From assembly GCA_964385185.1 (NCBI GenBank), contig CAYLOA010000001.1:76507-113140 (forward strand): a stretch of 36,634 nucleotides of DNA, written 5' to 3'. The notes under the pieces are model-generated. The model was not told where the DNA came from. It ran no database searches and worked only from the letters and a program-made list of their open reading frames with translations. The DNA comes from an uncultured Methanosarcinales archaeon. Its GTDB lineage: Archaea > Nanobdellota > Nanobdellia > Woesearchaeales > CALCXY01. Below are positions 27,543 to 36,634 of this stretch, in pieces; within the stretch, counting starts at the first letter, position 1; each line of letters begins with the position of its first letter. The position numbers and the translations under genes were made by a program.

Positions 27543-28202
27543 ATGACAGATCCTATAATTAAGACAACAGATGGACATATTGTTGAGATAGATGATAGTG
27601 GGCTTAGATCACCTCATCAAGGATATCTAGAAACTGCTGCTGAAAGATCAACAAGAGATGAAATAGCAGACACATTCTTTTCTTTGTTAGGGTTAGTAAA
27701 AGAAAAAGGTATTCAAAATACGCTTGAGAGTGAAGGATCACATCACGCAAGAGAACAAGGAAGAAGGGTACAGAATTTACAAGCAGAAATGCGAAATACA
27801 CAAAATCCAGTCCAAGAATCTCATCCTGAATATCTCGATGCACAAATATTCTATCATCAATTCCAAGTAAAACTAGGAGAAAGAGGTAGAATTAATCTTC
27901 CATCTCAGTGGGTAAATAAATTCCAAAATATTGGTGGATATGAAAATCAATTCCTTGTTACACCTATAACTGATCATGAAAATCCTCATATCCAGGTATA
28001 TATTGCAAATCCTCCAGAATGTAATCACATTTTAAAACCTGTAAGAGGAGTTAACACAGGATCTCAAAAATACATAACATCTATAGATACATCGGGAAGA
28101 ATAGGAATCAGTACAGGGCTAAGACAAGAATTAGGTTGGGAAGCCCCCCTACCAGTAACACTTGAAGGTCATGCAAATTATTTCACTATACATAAAAAAT
28201 AA
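27543..28202 (+). CDS. Protein with a C-terminal MraZ-like tandem AbrB domain
   Basis: VKLGERGRINLPSQW and SIDTSGRIGISTGLRQELGWEAPLPVTLEGHANYFTIH resemble the two MraZ repeats. Confidence 0.65.
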   Translation: MTDPIIKTTDGHIVEIDDSGLRSPHQGYLETAAERSTRDEIADTFFSLLGLVKEKGIQNTLESEGSHHAREQGRRVQNLQAEMRNTQNPVQESHPEYLDAQIFYHQFQVKLGERGRINLPSQWVNKFQNIGGYENQFLVTPITDHENPHIQVYIANPPECNHILKPVRGVNTGSQKYITSIDTSGRIGISTGLRQELGWEAPLPVTLEGHANYFTIHKK

Positions 28203-29382
28203 TTACTTAACACTATAATAATCCTGCAATATCAAAGTATCCATATCTTCTAAGTGTTTAACGTCATATAATCTTCCCTGACCTAAACTAGCTATTTTCT
28301 CAGCAAATTCTCTCCCATTCTGATCCAAATTAATACCTACTACAGATATGGTAATCCCTGCGCCTCTTGCAACACCTACAGCTGCAAGTGTCTCCTTTTC
28401 AGGATCTTTTCCAATGGTAGGTAATGCGTCTGTTAACACAACCAAATGTTTAGTAACTTTACCAGGAGGGAACATCTTTACAGATTCATGAATCATTTTA
28501 ACAAAATGAGTCTCTTGATTAGCATGAACTCTTGTAATCGTCTTTAGCAATTGACCAAAATCTTGTGTAGGGGCAATCTCTTCACGAACTTCCCGACCAA
28601 ACACAAGTAATCCTGCATAATCTCTCTCTTCAATAGCTTGAAAACTTAAAGCAATTCCAGCTTTTTTTGCCATCTCGAGTTTATTCCCCTTCATACTTCC
28701 TGAAGCGTCCATTCCATACACTACATAGACACTCCCCTTAGCCTCTCGCTCAAAAACTTGTAAATCTGTCTTACTCAGTGCAGAATGACCTCGACGCAAT
28801 GCTTTTTTTACACTCTTTTTCAAAGCAATATCTCGATATCGATCTCCTTTTTTATATCCTTTAACATCAGACTTGTCCCCATAATGAGCAACTTCTTTGT
28901 GTAATTTAGATCCTCCAATACCCTCAGGAACTAAATGATTTAACTCCTCTGTATACAAAACTAAAGAAGCCATCTCATACCCTTTTTCTGTAATCTCTCC
29001 GTCTTTTTCTAAATATCCTTCTTGTCGTAACTCTAGTAATTTTTCATCTATCTTTTGTTTTAATTCTCGTCGAAACTCAGGAATGTTAATATTTCTTTTA
29101 ATTACACTCGGTTCATATCCACTCACCAATCTTAAAAGCCCTTCACCATATAATCGATGAGCTTGAGCATAATCTTTTTTCAAATGGTCCATCATTAAAT
29201 CAGGATGGAAAGAACTAAATCCTTGATTAATCGCCTGACTCATCATCTTTCCCTTACCTACTTCATTTTTATCATGCTCAACAACAGAACGCATTACCTT
29301 CTCTTCTACCTCATCAAACTTCAAATTACCTCGAGTATCACTCCCTTCTGAAAACTCAGGTACGCCTATATCAGGGGACGTC
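28203..29382 (-). CDS. VWA-domain protein, partner of the AAA+ ATPase (start uncertain; first ATG 29294)
   Basis: MIDAS motif MDASGSM, T in ANQET, VLTDALP; YKKGDRYRDIALKKSV linker. Confidence 0.88.
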
Positions 29383-30309
29383 TCCTTCGTCCTCTTTTTT
29401 ACCCGACAAATCCTTGTACGAAGAAACAAACTGCTTAAACTCTTCAGCAACAAAATCCTCAGCACTCTCTAAATATTTAATTGAGGGTTTTAATCGAATT
29501 CTGTGACTAATAACACTATTCACAGCATCCTTGATATGCTTAAAGTCTACTTTTTTCTTTCCAGCAAGATGTGCATTAGCTAATGCTCGTTCATAGAGTC
29601 CTATACTTGCTCTCACGGAAGGTTTTTTCTCAATCTTATCACTCTCTCGCAATCTCCTAACAAAGTCTACTGCAAGTGTTAACAGATTATCAGGAAATGC
29701 AACCTTAAAATCTGGTTTTTTACTCAAAACAATATCTTTTTCAATCTCCAAACTTTCAGGATAACTCATATACAATACGTCAAATCTATCCAAAAGTACA
29801 TCAGACAATTTTTCTGTACTGCTATCCTCTGGATTCATGGTAGCAATAAAGATAAAATTAGCATCAATATCGACATCATAACTCCCAATAGTTGCTTTTT
29901 TCTCTTCAAGAACTTGCAATAATGCATTTTGTAGTTTTTCAGGACATCTATTAAGCTCATCAAAAAACAAAACTCCACCATTTGCCTTGAAAATCTTTCC
30001 TTCAACAAACGCTTCCTTGGATAACGGTCCAAACTTGAGAGCTTTCATCGGATCAATATCTCCAATAAGATCTTCTGCAGTCAAATCAGGACTTCCTTGT
30101 ACACGAACAAAATTCTCCACACCCTTTTTCTGAGGTAATGCATCAGCCAAAGTCTTTGCAAGTGATGTTTTACCCACACCCGGTGGACCTACAATAGCTA
30201 AGTTTCTTCCAGCAAGTATTGCTGATTTTAAACCTGCTTTTATCACTTTTTGACCTAAAATTGAGTCAAATTCTTGTTTTTCAAATGTCTTTCCTAAATC
30301 TATTGTCAT
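29371..30309 (-). CDS. MoxR/ChlI-clade AAA+ ATPase
   Basis: GPPGVGKT, RVQGSPDLTAEDLIG, FFDELNRCPEKLQNALLQVLEE, ATMNP, LLDRF, PSVRA; SD GAGGT. Confidence 0.92.
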   Translation of the reverse strand: MTIDLGKTFEKQEFDSILGQKVIKAGLKSAILAGRNLAIVGPPGVGKTSLAKTLADALPQKKGVENFVRVQGSPDLTAEDLIGDIDPMKALKFGPLSKEAFVEGKIFKANGGVLFFDELNRCPEKLQNALLQVLEEKKATIGSYDVDIDANFIFIATMNPEDSSTEKLSDVLLDRFDVLYMSYPESLEIEKDIVLSKKPDFKVAFPDNLLTLAVDFVRRLRESDKIEKKPSVRASIGLYERALANAHLAGKKKVDFKHIKDAVNSVISHRIRLKPSIKYLESAEDFVAEEFKQFVSSYKDLSGKKEDEGDVP

Positions 30310-30431
30310 AATTATACCTCGTCTACAACACCCATATTATGGGCTATAGAATTTTTTGTATGTTGGAGGATGTATTTAAGCCTTTGCTACTACAAAACTT
30401 TATAAATTGGATCAATTTATCATATTAAATA

Positions 30432-30674
30432 ATGAGGAATAAAATGTACCAATATGAAAAATCTCCATATATATCCCATTTTGATCTTGGTTCTCAACTA
30501 AGAGGAATTTCCCTTACAGGAATTCGAGTACCTCATTTACACTCTTCGAATACAATTCCTAATGATTATGGATCAAAAAAATTACCTCCAGGACATGTTA
30601 TGGATGATCATGGAAATGTAGTAAATCTGTCAGTTTTAGAAATAAAAGCAAATAAAATTTTGATTACAAAATAA
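30432..30674 (+). CDS. Small hypothetical protein
   Basis: 80 aa after a TATA-like box near 30398-30405. Confidence 0.5.
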   Translation: MRNKMYQYEKSPYISHFDLGSQLRGISLTGIRVPHLHSSNTIPNDYGSKKLPPGHVMDDHGNVVNLSVLEIKANKILITK

Positions 30675-30782
30675 GTTCTAAATTCTCTGAAATTTAAACA
30701 TATTTTCTACATAGATTATATTGCAATCTTCTTAATCTATATCTGATTCTATATACTATATAACACAACAAGGTGAATGAAA

Positions 30783-31436
30783 ATGACAAATAACAATAAT
30801 AAAAATCAAGAATTACCAGGAGAACAACCTCCAGAATGGTTTGAAGAAGCATTAAAGCAGACGCCAAGACCGACTGCAGAAGATGTTGCAAAATATAATT
30901 ATATGAAATCTGATTTCCTGGAAGCAATAGAAAAAGCAAAAAAGTCAATGAGTACAATAAAAGGTGCTCAAACAGTTGACGAGATGTTTAAGTATCAAAA
31001 TATGGCAAAAATGCCAACAATTATCCACACTCCTGTCTATGAAATTAAAGATGGAAGATTAGTACCCATTCCAGGTACTGTAGGAATAAAACATCATGAA
31101 ACAGAAGAAATTGTAGGATATCATGGAACTACTATAACAGAGTATGAATCATCTATGCAAACAGGTATACTCAGAGGTCCAGGTAAAAGGAAAAATGAGT
31201 TTGCATTTACTAAAGTTAACGAACCAAGAGCATTAGAAGATGCAGTTGCAGATTCTTTAGGAAATCAAACAGAACAAGACATGGACATTCCAGTAATCCT
31301 ACCCATCTTCCAATCAACATTAGATAAATACAAAGTTGTAGAAGACGTAGGAACCTACCATATTCTCGCTCCAGAAGGTATTGAAAAACAATACTTAGGA
31401 GAAGTGAGATTAATCAGACAAAGTGGAAGAAAATGA
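30783..31436 (+). CDS. Putative ADP-ribosyltransferase-fold protein (Tpt1/KptA NAD-domain-like)
   Basis: VGYHGT-x-EYESSMQTGIL, FAFT, ALEDA, PVILPI, GIEKQYL; SD AAGGTGA favours ATG 30783. Confidence 0.6.
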   Translation: MTNNNNKNQELPGEQPPEWFEEALKQTPRPTAEDVAKYNYMKSDFLEAIEKAKKSMSTIKGAQTVDEMFKYQNMAKMPTIIHTPVYEIKDGRLVPIPGTVGIKHHETEEIVGYHGTTITEYESSMQTGILRGPGKRKNEFAFTKVNEPRALEDAVADSLGNQTEQDMDIPVILPIFQSTLDKYKVVEDVGTYHILAPEGIEKQYLGEVRLIRQSGRK

Positions 31437-32356
31437 AAAATCACAAAAAAGCTAGAGAAAATGTGAGAACATATACTCTACACAAAGATCTAGATGAACT
31501 CCTATATGGCAACAACCTAGATTTCCAAACTAACGCAGAATCTATAGTGGGAAGAGCACTACAACATGCTGTAAAGAATGTAGACGATAAAGAAAAAAAT
31601 ACAATCAAAGAAATCAAGAAAGATTGTCACCCCATCACACAATCAGGAGTATTCAAAGAAGATATATATCAAAGATTAGATGATCTTGCCTCACCAAATG
31701 CTGCAAAAGTGTATGCTGCACATAATATAGTGGCAATAGCAAGAAAAACCTATAGCCATAATGAAGATACCAATCCATCAGAAAATAATTTCTCAGCCAC
31801 CATGAAAATATTAAATGTAGCTGAAGATATAGTAAACAATACAGATGTTCCCAATGAAACACATATTGTTCAAGCAGAAATTGCACAAGCAAAAACCAGA
31901 TATTTAAATTTAAATGGTAATATAGATGAAGCAATAACACACAGTAAAAAAACTATAAGATATCTGAAAAAAATTACTATTACAAAAAGAAATAGACAAG
32001 AAGTAGGATATCTACAAGCAGCTGGAGCAGAACTCATAGCAGAATTGACGGCTAATCCTAAAGACAAAAAAACTTTCTACAATAATGCGATTAAAGCGTA
32101 TGAATCATTATTTCAAAAATCAAGAACTAGTGATGACCGATTCATTAATAGCCTATATTTAGGAGAATGCCTAAACAATGCTGGGAATACTGAAAAAGCA
32201 ATAGAAGTAGTCCAAGCAGGTGTACACTGCATATCTGATCCTCTTAAAAAAAGTCTAGGATATAGAACAATGGCGTCCTTTGGCGAATATACACTCCAAT
32301 ACCCTGAACTAAGAAAACTTGAGGTTCTTGCCGAGCAGTTTGAAAACATAGCATAA
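31433..32356 (+). CDS. TPR-like helical repeat protein
   Basis: LNGNIDEAITHSKKTI and LYLGECLNNAGNTEKAIEVVQAG are TPR-like pairs; ATGA overlap with the upstream gene. Confidence 0.7.
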   Translation: MKNHKKARENVRTYTLHKDLDELLYGNNLDFQTNAESIVGRALQHAVKNVDDKEKNTIKEIKKDCHPITQSGVFKEDIYQRLDDLASPNAAKVYAAHNIVAIARKTYSHNEDTNPSENNFSATMKILNVAEDIVNNTDVPNETHIVQAEIAQAKTRYLNLNGNIDEAITHSKKTIRYLKKITITKRNRQEVGYLQAAGAELIAELTANPKDKKTFYNNAIKAYESLFQKSRTSDDRFINSLYLGECLNNAGNTEKAIEVVQAGVHCISDPLKKSLGYRTMASFGEYTLQYPELRKLEVLAEQFENIA

Positions 32357-32383
32357 ATGCAATGTGACAGATAAGGTGAAAAT

Positions 32384-32998
32384 ATGACTCGAACAAGATC
32401 TCCAATATATGAACCAGGGAAAGATTTGTATAGTAAAGTAAATGCAGTTCTCAAAGAAAACAACATTAGAATTAGACAAGGACCACTTTCTCCAAGCTAT
32501 TCAGATCAACAAATTAAGAAAGTATATCGAACAATTGTCAGAAAATATCACCCCGATGTAAATCCAGCCTCAAAAAGATGGTTTGGAGACTTTCTAGGAG
32601 GTATGGAAGTCTTAGTAGATCCAGAAAATAGAGCATTATACGATAGAGCGAAAATAAATTATGAAACAAGAAGATCGCCAAATAGAAGACAATATCAAAA
32701 ACCACCACAATCAAAAGATAAACCAAAATATAAAGCTAAAAAATCCGAAACTTTAAAAGAAAAATTAAAGAAAGAGAGAAAGGAAAAGGAAAAAGCTAGG
32801 TTAATCAAGGAACTTAACGAAATTGAAATTGAAAAACGCCATAAAAAAATGGAAATAAGAAGAAAAGACCAACAAAAAAAAGCAGAAGAAGAAATTGAAA
32901 AAATTAAAAATCTATATGGCTTTGGTGAAGAATTTGATAACCTATGGGAAGATTCACCATCAGAAGAAAGAATCGATGAATTGTATAAACAATTATAA
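32384..32998 (+). CDS. J-domain (DnaJ-like) protein with a charged C-terminal tail
   Basis: SDQQIKKVYRTIVRKYHPDVNP...EVLVDPENRALYD, HPD intact; SD AAGGTGA. Confidence 0.88.
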   Translation: MTRTRSPIYEPGKDLYSKVNAVLKENNIRIRQGPLSPSYSDQQIKKVYRTIVRKYHPDVNPASKRWFGDFLGGMEVLVDPENRALYDRAKINYETRRSPNRRQYQKPPQSKDKPKYKAKKSETLKEKLKKERKEKEKARLIKELNEIEIEKRHKKMEIRRKDQQKKAEEEIEKIKNLYGFGEEFDNLWEDSPSEERIDELYKQL

Positions 32999-33016
32999 AA
33001 AATAAAATAAAATAAA

Positions 33017-33472
33017 TTACTTCTTCCTAGCACTCCTAACTCTCAATCGAGCTTTCCCTCTTTTCAGAACTTTCTTTCCACGAGCAACTGCTTTCTTACC
33101 TAATTTTTTAGCTTTTTTTCCAGCTCCAGTCTTAGCAGCTCGTCGAACAACCTTTTTAACAACTCGTCTAGCTTTCTTACCCACTCGAGTCTTAGAAGCC
33201 TTCCGAACAACCTTTCTACCCACCTTAGCAGCCTTCTTTCCAGCCTTTCGAGCTAATGGCTTACCTTTCTTAACAGCCTTCTTTACAAGTGGTTTCCCTC
33301 TTCGAATTGCAGCAGAACCAACAGCAATGCCAACTCGTGCACCTACCTTAGCTAATCTTCGAGCAATAGGTCCTCCACGTTTAGCAACAGCCTTACCTAC
33401 TTTAGCAGCTTTTTTTCCAGCTTTAACTCCTTTCTTCACCACTTTCTTTCCTATTCTTCTAATTTTTCCCAT
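33017..33472 (-). CDS. Extremely basic K/R/A/G/V-rich protein
   Basis: 151 aa; by manual count 42 Lys + 22 Arg and no Asp/Glu; SD GGAGGA; 9 nt after the kinase stop. Confidence 0.85.
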   Translation of the reverse strand: MGKIRRIGKKVVKKGVKAGKKAAKVGKAVAKRGGPIARRLAKVGARVGIAVGSAAIRRGKPLVKKAVKKGKPLARKAGKKAAKVGRKVVRKASKTRVGKKARRVVKKVVRRAAKTGAGKKAKKLGKKAVARGKKVLKRGKARLRVRSARKK

Positions 33473-33481
33473 AGTATCCTC

Positions 33482-35143
33482 CTAAAGTGTCTCTTCTCTA
33501 AAAACTGATATTAATACCAATCCTAAAAATAGCATTCCAATTCCGAACATTATAATACTTATGATTGGATAAGCGTAATACGTTGGACCCAAACTTGTCC
33601 CAAAAATAACAGCGCTAGCCAAAATAAAGGCTGAAGCAATCATACCAAACGCCAACCGATTACTACTGGTATCAATGTCCAACCCAATTTTCTTAAGCTC
33701 AATATCTTCAACGTCTATCTTAAACTTCCCAGATTTCAATTTATCTACAATACTCATAGCATCTGCTGGAAATTCTTCCATCATATCAGCAGCTCTTCGA
33801 GTTTTCTTAGCAAGATCATGAAGAACATTCTTCACCCGATAACGATCCTTAACAACTTTCGTAACATACGGTGTAACAAACTTCACAGGGTCAAAAGCAG
33901 GATACAGCTGATGTCCAGTTGCCTCCAAAGTAACAAATGCCTTTCCATACAGTATCAAAAATTCAGGCAATCGAATATGATTTTCAGTAGTAGCATCAAA
34001 CAACAAATGTAACATCCGACTTACCTTAACTTCTTGAAGTGCTGATCCGTGCCAAGCACCTAAAATATTGTCAACCTCACGTCTATATTTCTCCATATCC
34101 GTTTTATCAGTCCTTTCTCCAATCTTTACTAATAATCCTGTAACTCGTTCTGTATCTCGTTCGGCAAGAGCCACTAACATGTCTACAACATGTTTCTTCA
34201 TATTTGCATTAATACTACCCACAATACCGAAATCTAGAAATGCAATCTTATCCTTAGGCAAAATAAAAATATTTCCAGGATGAATATCTGAATGAAAAAA
34301 TCCATCAATATAAATCATTTTCATGACAGCATTGGCCATCCGCATCCCTATTTTTTTACGATTAAATTTTTTCTTAGATTTTAATAAATCAGATAACTTC
34401 TCTCCCTCAATATACTCCATGGTCAACACTTTTTTAGTAGTATACGCCATGAAAGGCCTGGGAAATACAATATGGTCATCTTTTTCAAAATTCTTATGAA
34501 ATACTTTCATATTTTTAGATTCAACTAAATAATTCAGTTCATCCTCAGTATATTCTTGAAACTCTTCGACAATTCGTGTAGCACTAAACATCCGATCACT
34601 ATTTTTCTTATCATACCGTCGAGCAAAATAAGTCATAATGTCAATATCAGAATGCATTATTTTGTCAATATTGGGACGTTGTACCTTCACACACACTTGT
34701 TTACCATTCAGAAGCACAGCTCTATGCACTTGGCCAATAGAAGCAGCAGCTATAGGTGTAATATCAAAATGTTTGTACACTTTATCTAATGGTTTTCCTA
34801 ATTCCTTCTCAACGAGAGTTTTAATCTCTACATAAGAAACAGGCTTAACATCATCCTGCAATTTCTTAAGTTCATTGCTTACATGAGCAGGAACCAAATC
34901 AGGACGAATACTGAGCAACTGTCCTAATTTAATATACGTCCCCCCTAACTCTTCAAATGCCTCTCGTAATTTTACCTCAGGAGTTAAAGGATGAGCAAAC
35001 TTTCCCGGACGCACTTTCTTATGAAAAGGCAAGTGCATCTTTAACCCAGCCTCTTCAATAAGATATCCAAGGCCATACTTAAACGCCACTTCTAGAACAT
35101 GAGAAGCTCGAGCTATATCTCTAACCTCTTTTTTTAATCCCAT
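33482..35143 (-). CDS. ubiB: AarF/UbiB (ABC1) atypical kinase
   Basis: LGGTYIKLGQLLSIRPD, LQDDV, AAASIGQVHRA, VKVQRP, GFFHSDIHPGN, LDFGIVG; two C-terminal TM helices. Confidence 0.95.
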   Translation of the reverse strand: MGLKKEVRDIARASHVLEVAFKYGLGYLIEEAGLKMHLPFHKKVRPGKFAHPLTPEVKLREAFEELGGTYIKLGQLLSIRPDLVPAHVSNELKKLQDDVKPVSYVEIKTLVEKELGKPLDKVYKHFDITPIAAASIGQVHRAVLLNGKQVCVKVQRPNIDKIMHSDIDIMTYFARRYDKKNSDRMFSATRIVEEFQEYTEDELNYLVESKNMKVFHKNFEKDDHIVFPRPFMAYTTKKVLTMEYIEGEKLSDLLKSKKKFNRKKIGMRMANAVMKMIYIDGFFHSDIHPGNIFILPKDKIAFLDFGIVGSINANMKKHVVDMLVALAERDTERVTGLLVKIGERTDKTDMEKYRREVDNILGAWHGSALQEVKVSRMLHLLFDATTENHIRLPEFLILYGKAFVTLEATGHQLYPAFDPVKFVTPYVTKVVKDRYRVKNVLHDLAKKTRRAADMMEEFPADAMSIVDKLKSGKFKIDVEDIELKKIGLDIDTSSNRLAFGMIASAFILASAVIFGTSLGPTYYAYPIISIIMFGIGMLFLGLVLISVFREETL

Positions 35144-35185
35144 ATCTCTTTCTCCCTGAAATGAGTATAAAAACTTTGTTAAAAT

Positions 35186-36133
35186 CTAATCAGAACCATG
35201 GGTTTCGTTAAACAACTGTGCCTGATTCAAGACTTCTCTTTTCTTAGTGTTATGAATTTGAAATAATCGATCGGCTATCTCTTGATGATCTTGAGTAACA
35301 ATAGTATGCTCTTTGGGATCTATAGTTAAATTGTACAATTCCATAAATTTACTCCCAAAAACCATTAATTTCCATCCTCTATCTCGGACATAGGAATCTT
35401 GGAAATCCCTCCCAAAAACATATTCTCGATCATACTCTCTACCTTCTTCAGGAACAATCAAAGGGATAAAAGTGGTGCCACCAATGTAATGATCAAGAGA
35501 AATTCCCAAAATATCATATACACTAGGAGCCAGATCGATTAAACTCACCGGCGTATCGATCACCAAAGGCGATTCATAATAAGGGTGATGCATAAGCAAA
35601 GGAACATGTGAATTAAATTGATACCCTACCCCGTGTCCAATAATTCCATTATCAAATAATCCATCCCCATGATTAGAATAAAATACAATAATAGAGTTAT
35701 CCCAAAAATGCTCCTTCAAGTAAGCATACAAAGGAGCATGAGCACCGTCTACATACTCGACTTGTCTCTGATATCGCTCATGTAATTCCTCAACATCTTG
35801 AATAGTAAAATTTTTCTTAATACCTCCAGCGGTTACATTAAATAAGACCTTTTCAAAATTTTCTTGTATTTTACTGCTATTATACTTCCGTTTAAATTGG
35901 TGTCTTAAGTTTACATTATGCAATTCTCGAGTAATATTATTGCTATTTCCTATATACTGCATGGCCTTCGTGGTATTATACAATCCTTGGGAGTTAACAT
36001 AAGGCCGATGTAATGAATGTGCATGAAAATAATAAAATCTTCCCTCCTCTTCTGGGTCTAAAAGAGTAACAAAAGAATCCACTAAATCTTCAATTAATAC
36101 ATCTTCTTGGTAAAATTGATACTCCTGAAGATT
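35186..36133 (-). pseudogene. Sulfatase/alkaline-phosphatase-superfamily gene, 5'-truncated
   Basis: HSLHRPY, YQRQVEYVD, IIVFYSNHG, HVPLLM, SLIDLAPSV, ELYNLTIDPKE; the frame is closed by TGA at 36134-36136 with no N-terminal nucleophile region. Confidence 0.75.
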
Positions 36134-36375
36134 TCAAAAAAGATGAAAAATTTGGGAAAAGTGATTTGCCTTCTGATTATCCTTACAAAAATTGCTATTT
36201 TATTGTTGTTTCCAAAAAGCACATTAAATGCATAACATATGGAGAATTGGTTGAAGGGAAAGTAATAAGTCCAAAATCACAAAATTATTTGGGAAGAAGA
36301 AAGGAATTTGAGTTGGACAAGGATGTGATAATCGATTTTTGTGAATTTGCTGTAAAGTTTTTTAGTGAGGTGTAA
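36121..36375 (+). pseudogene. Probable C-terminal fragment of a hypothetical protein
   Basis: Protein-like frame (TPEDFKKDEKFGKSDLPSDYPYKNCYFIVVS...) continues upstream of TTG 36166 with no ATG, SD or promoter. Confidence 0.5.
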
Positions 36376-36382
36376 ACATAAT

Positions 36383-36592
36383 ATGGCAGATTTTGATTTT
36401 GAAGGTTTAATTGGGTTAATTATTACCATACCGATTCTTCTTGTTTTTCTTGTAGTTGTTCTGTCTGCATTTCAAAATATAGGCGGGAAACAGGATGAAA
36501 TCAATGCGCTAAATAATCAGATTAGTGATTTGAAATTTGATATATCCTCTAAGGAAATCAAACTTTCTGAATTTAGAGCGAAAATAGCTTAA
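36383..36592 (+). CDS. Small membrane-anchored coiled-coil protein
   Basis: SD GAGGTG; TM helix then heptads (INALNNQISDLKFDI). Confidence 0.6.
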   Translation: MADFDFEGLIGLIITIPILLVFLVVVLSAFQNIGGKQDEINALNNQISDLKFDISSKEIKLSEFRAKIA

Positions 36593-36634
36593 ATGAGGGC
36601 AACTGCTAACCTCCTCACAGGGTTATGGCACAAT

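Noticed and set aside
28203..30309. Magnesium or cobalt chelatase pathway
   Set aside because: No ChlH/CobN or tetrapyrrole genes in the window; only a generic AAA+/VWA call is supported.
33017..33472. True archaeal histone or ribosomal protein
   Set aside because: No histone-fold pattern or recognisable ribosomal protein motif; the resemblance is compositional only.
1..36634. Alternative genetic code, provirus or IS element
   Set aside because: TAA, TAG and TGA all end recognisable genes at the expected lengths; no integrase, transposase, capsid or terminal repeats were recognised.

Overview
AT-rich archaeal chromosomal segment, most consistent with a DPANN (Woesearchaeota-like) genome; this placement is an inference from the archaeal-type aIF5B, aEF-1beta, TFS, Trm1, NMD3 and Sec11 genes, TATA boxes about 22-25 nt before leaderless starts, and many short orphans. 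Housekeeping genes (infB, trm1, ef1b, rtcA, nmd3, signal peptidase, tfs, tmk, a fused thyA, a UbiB kinase, an AAA+/VWA pair) are interleaved with accessory genes. The most notable signals are: (i) an apparent operon of a Tpt1/ART-like NAD-binding protein, a TPR-like protein and a J-domain protein, divergent from the AAA+/VWA pair; (ii) two separate copies of an AbrB-PhoU regulator overlapping tail-to-tail with an APH-like kinase, one kinase carrying two degenerate receiver domains; (iii) a UbiB kinase followed by an acid-free, 42% Lys+Arg protein with an 11-mer amphipathic pattern; (iv) an MraZ-like protein in an archaeon; (v) unannotated micro-ORF clusters with Shine-Dalgarno sites and RNA hairpins; (vi) a breakpoint near 36130 joining two 5'-truncated genes head to head. 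I saw no CRISPR array, tRNA, rRNA or transposase. All family calls come from motif recognition by eye; no database search was run.
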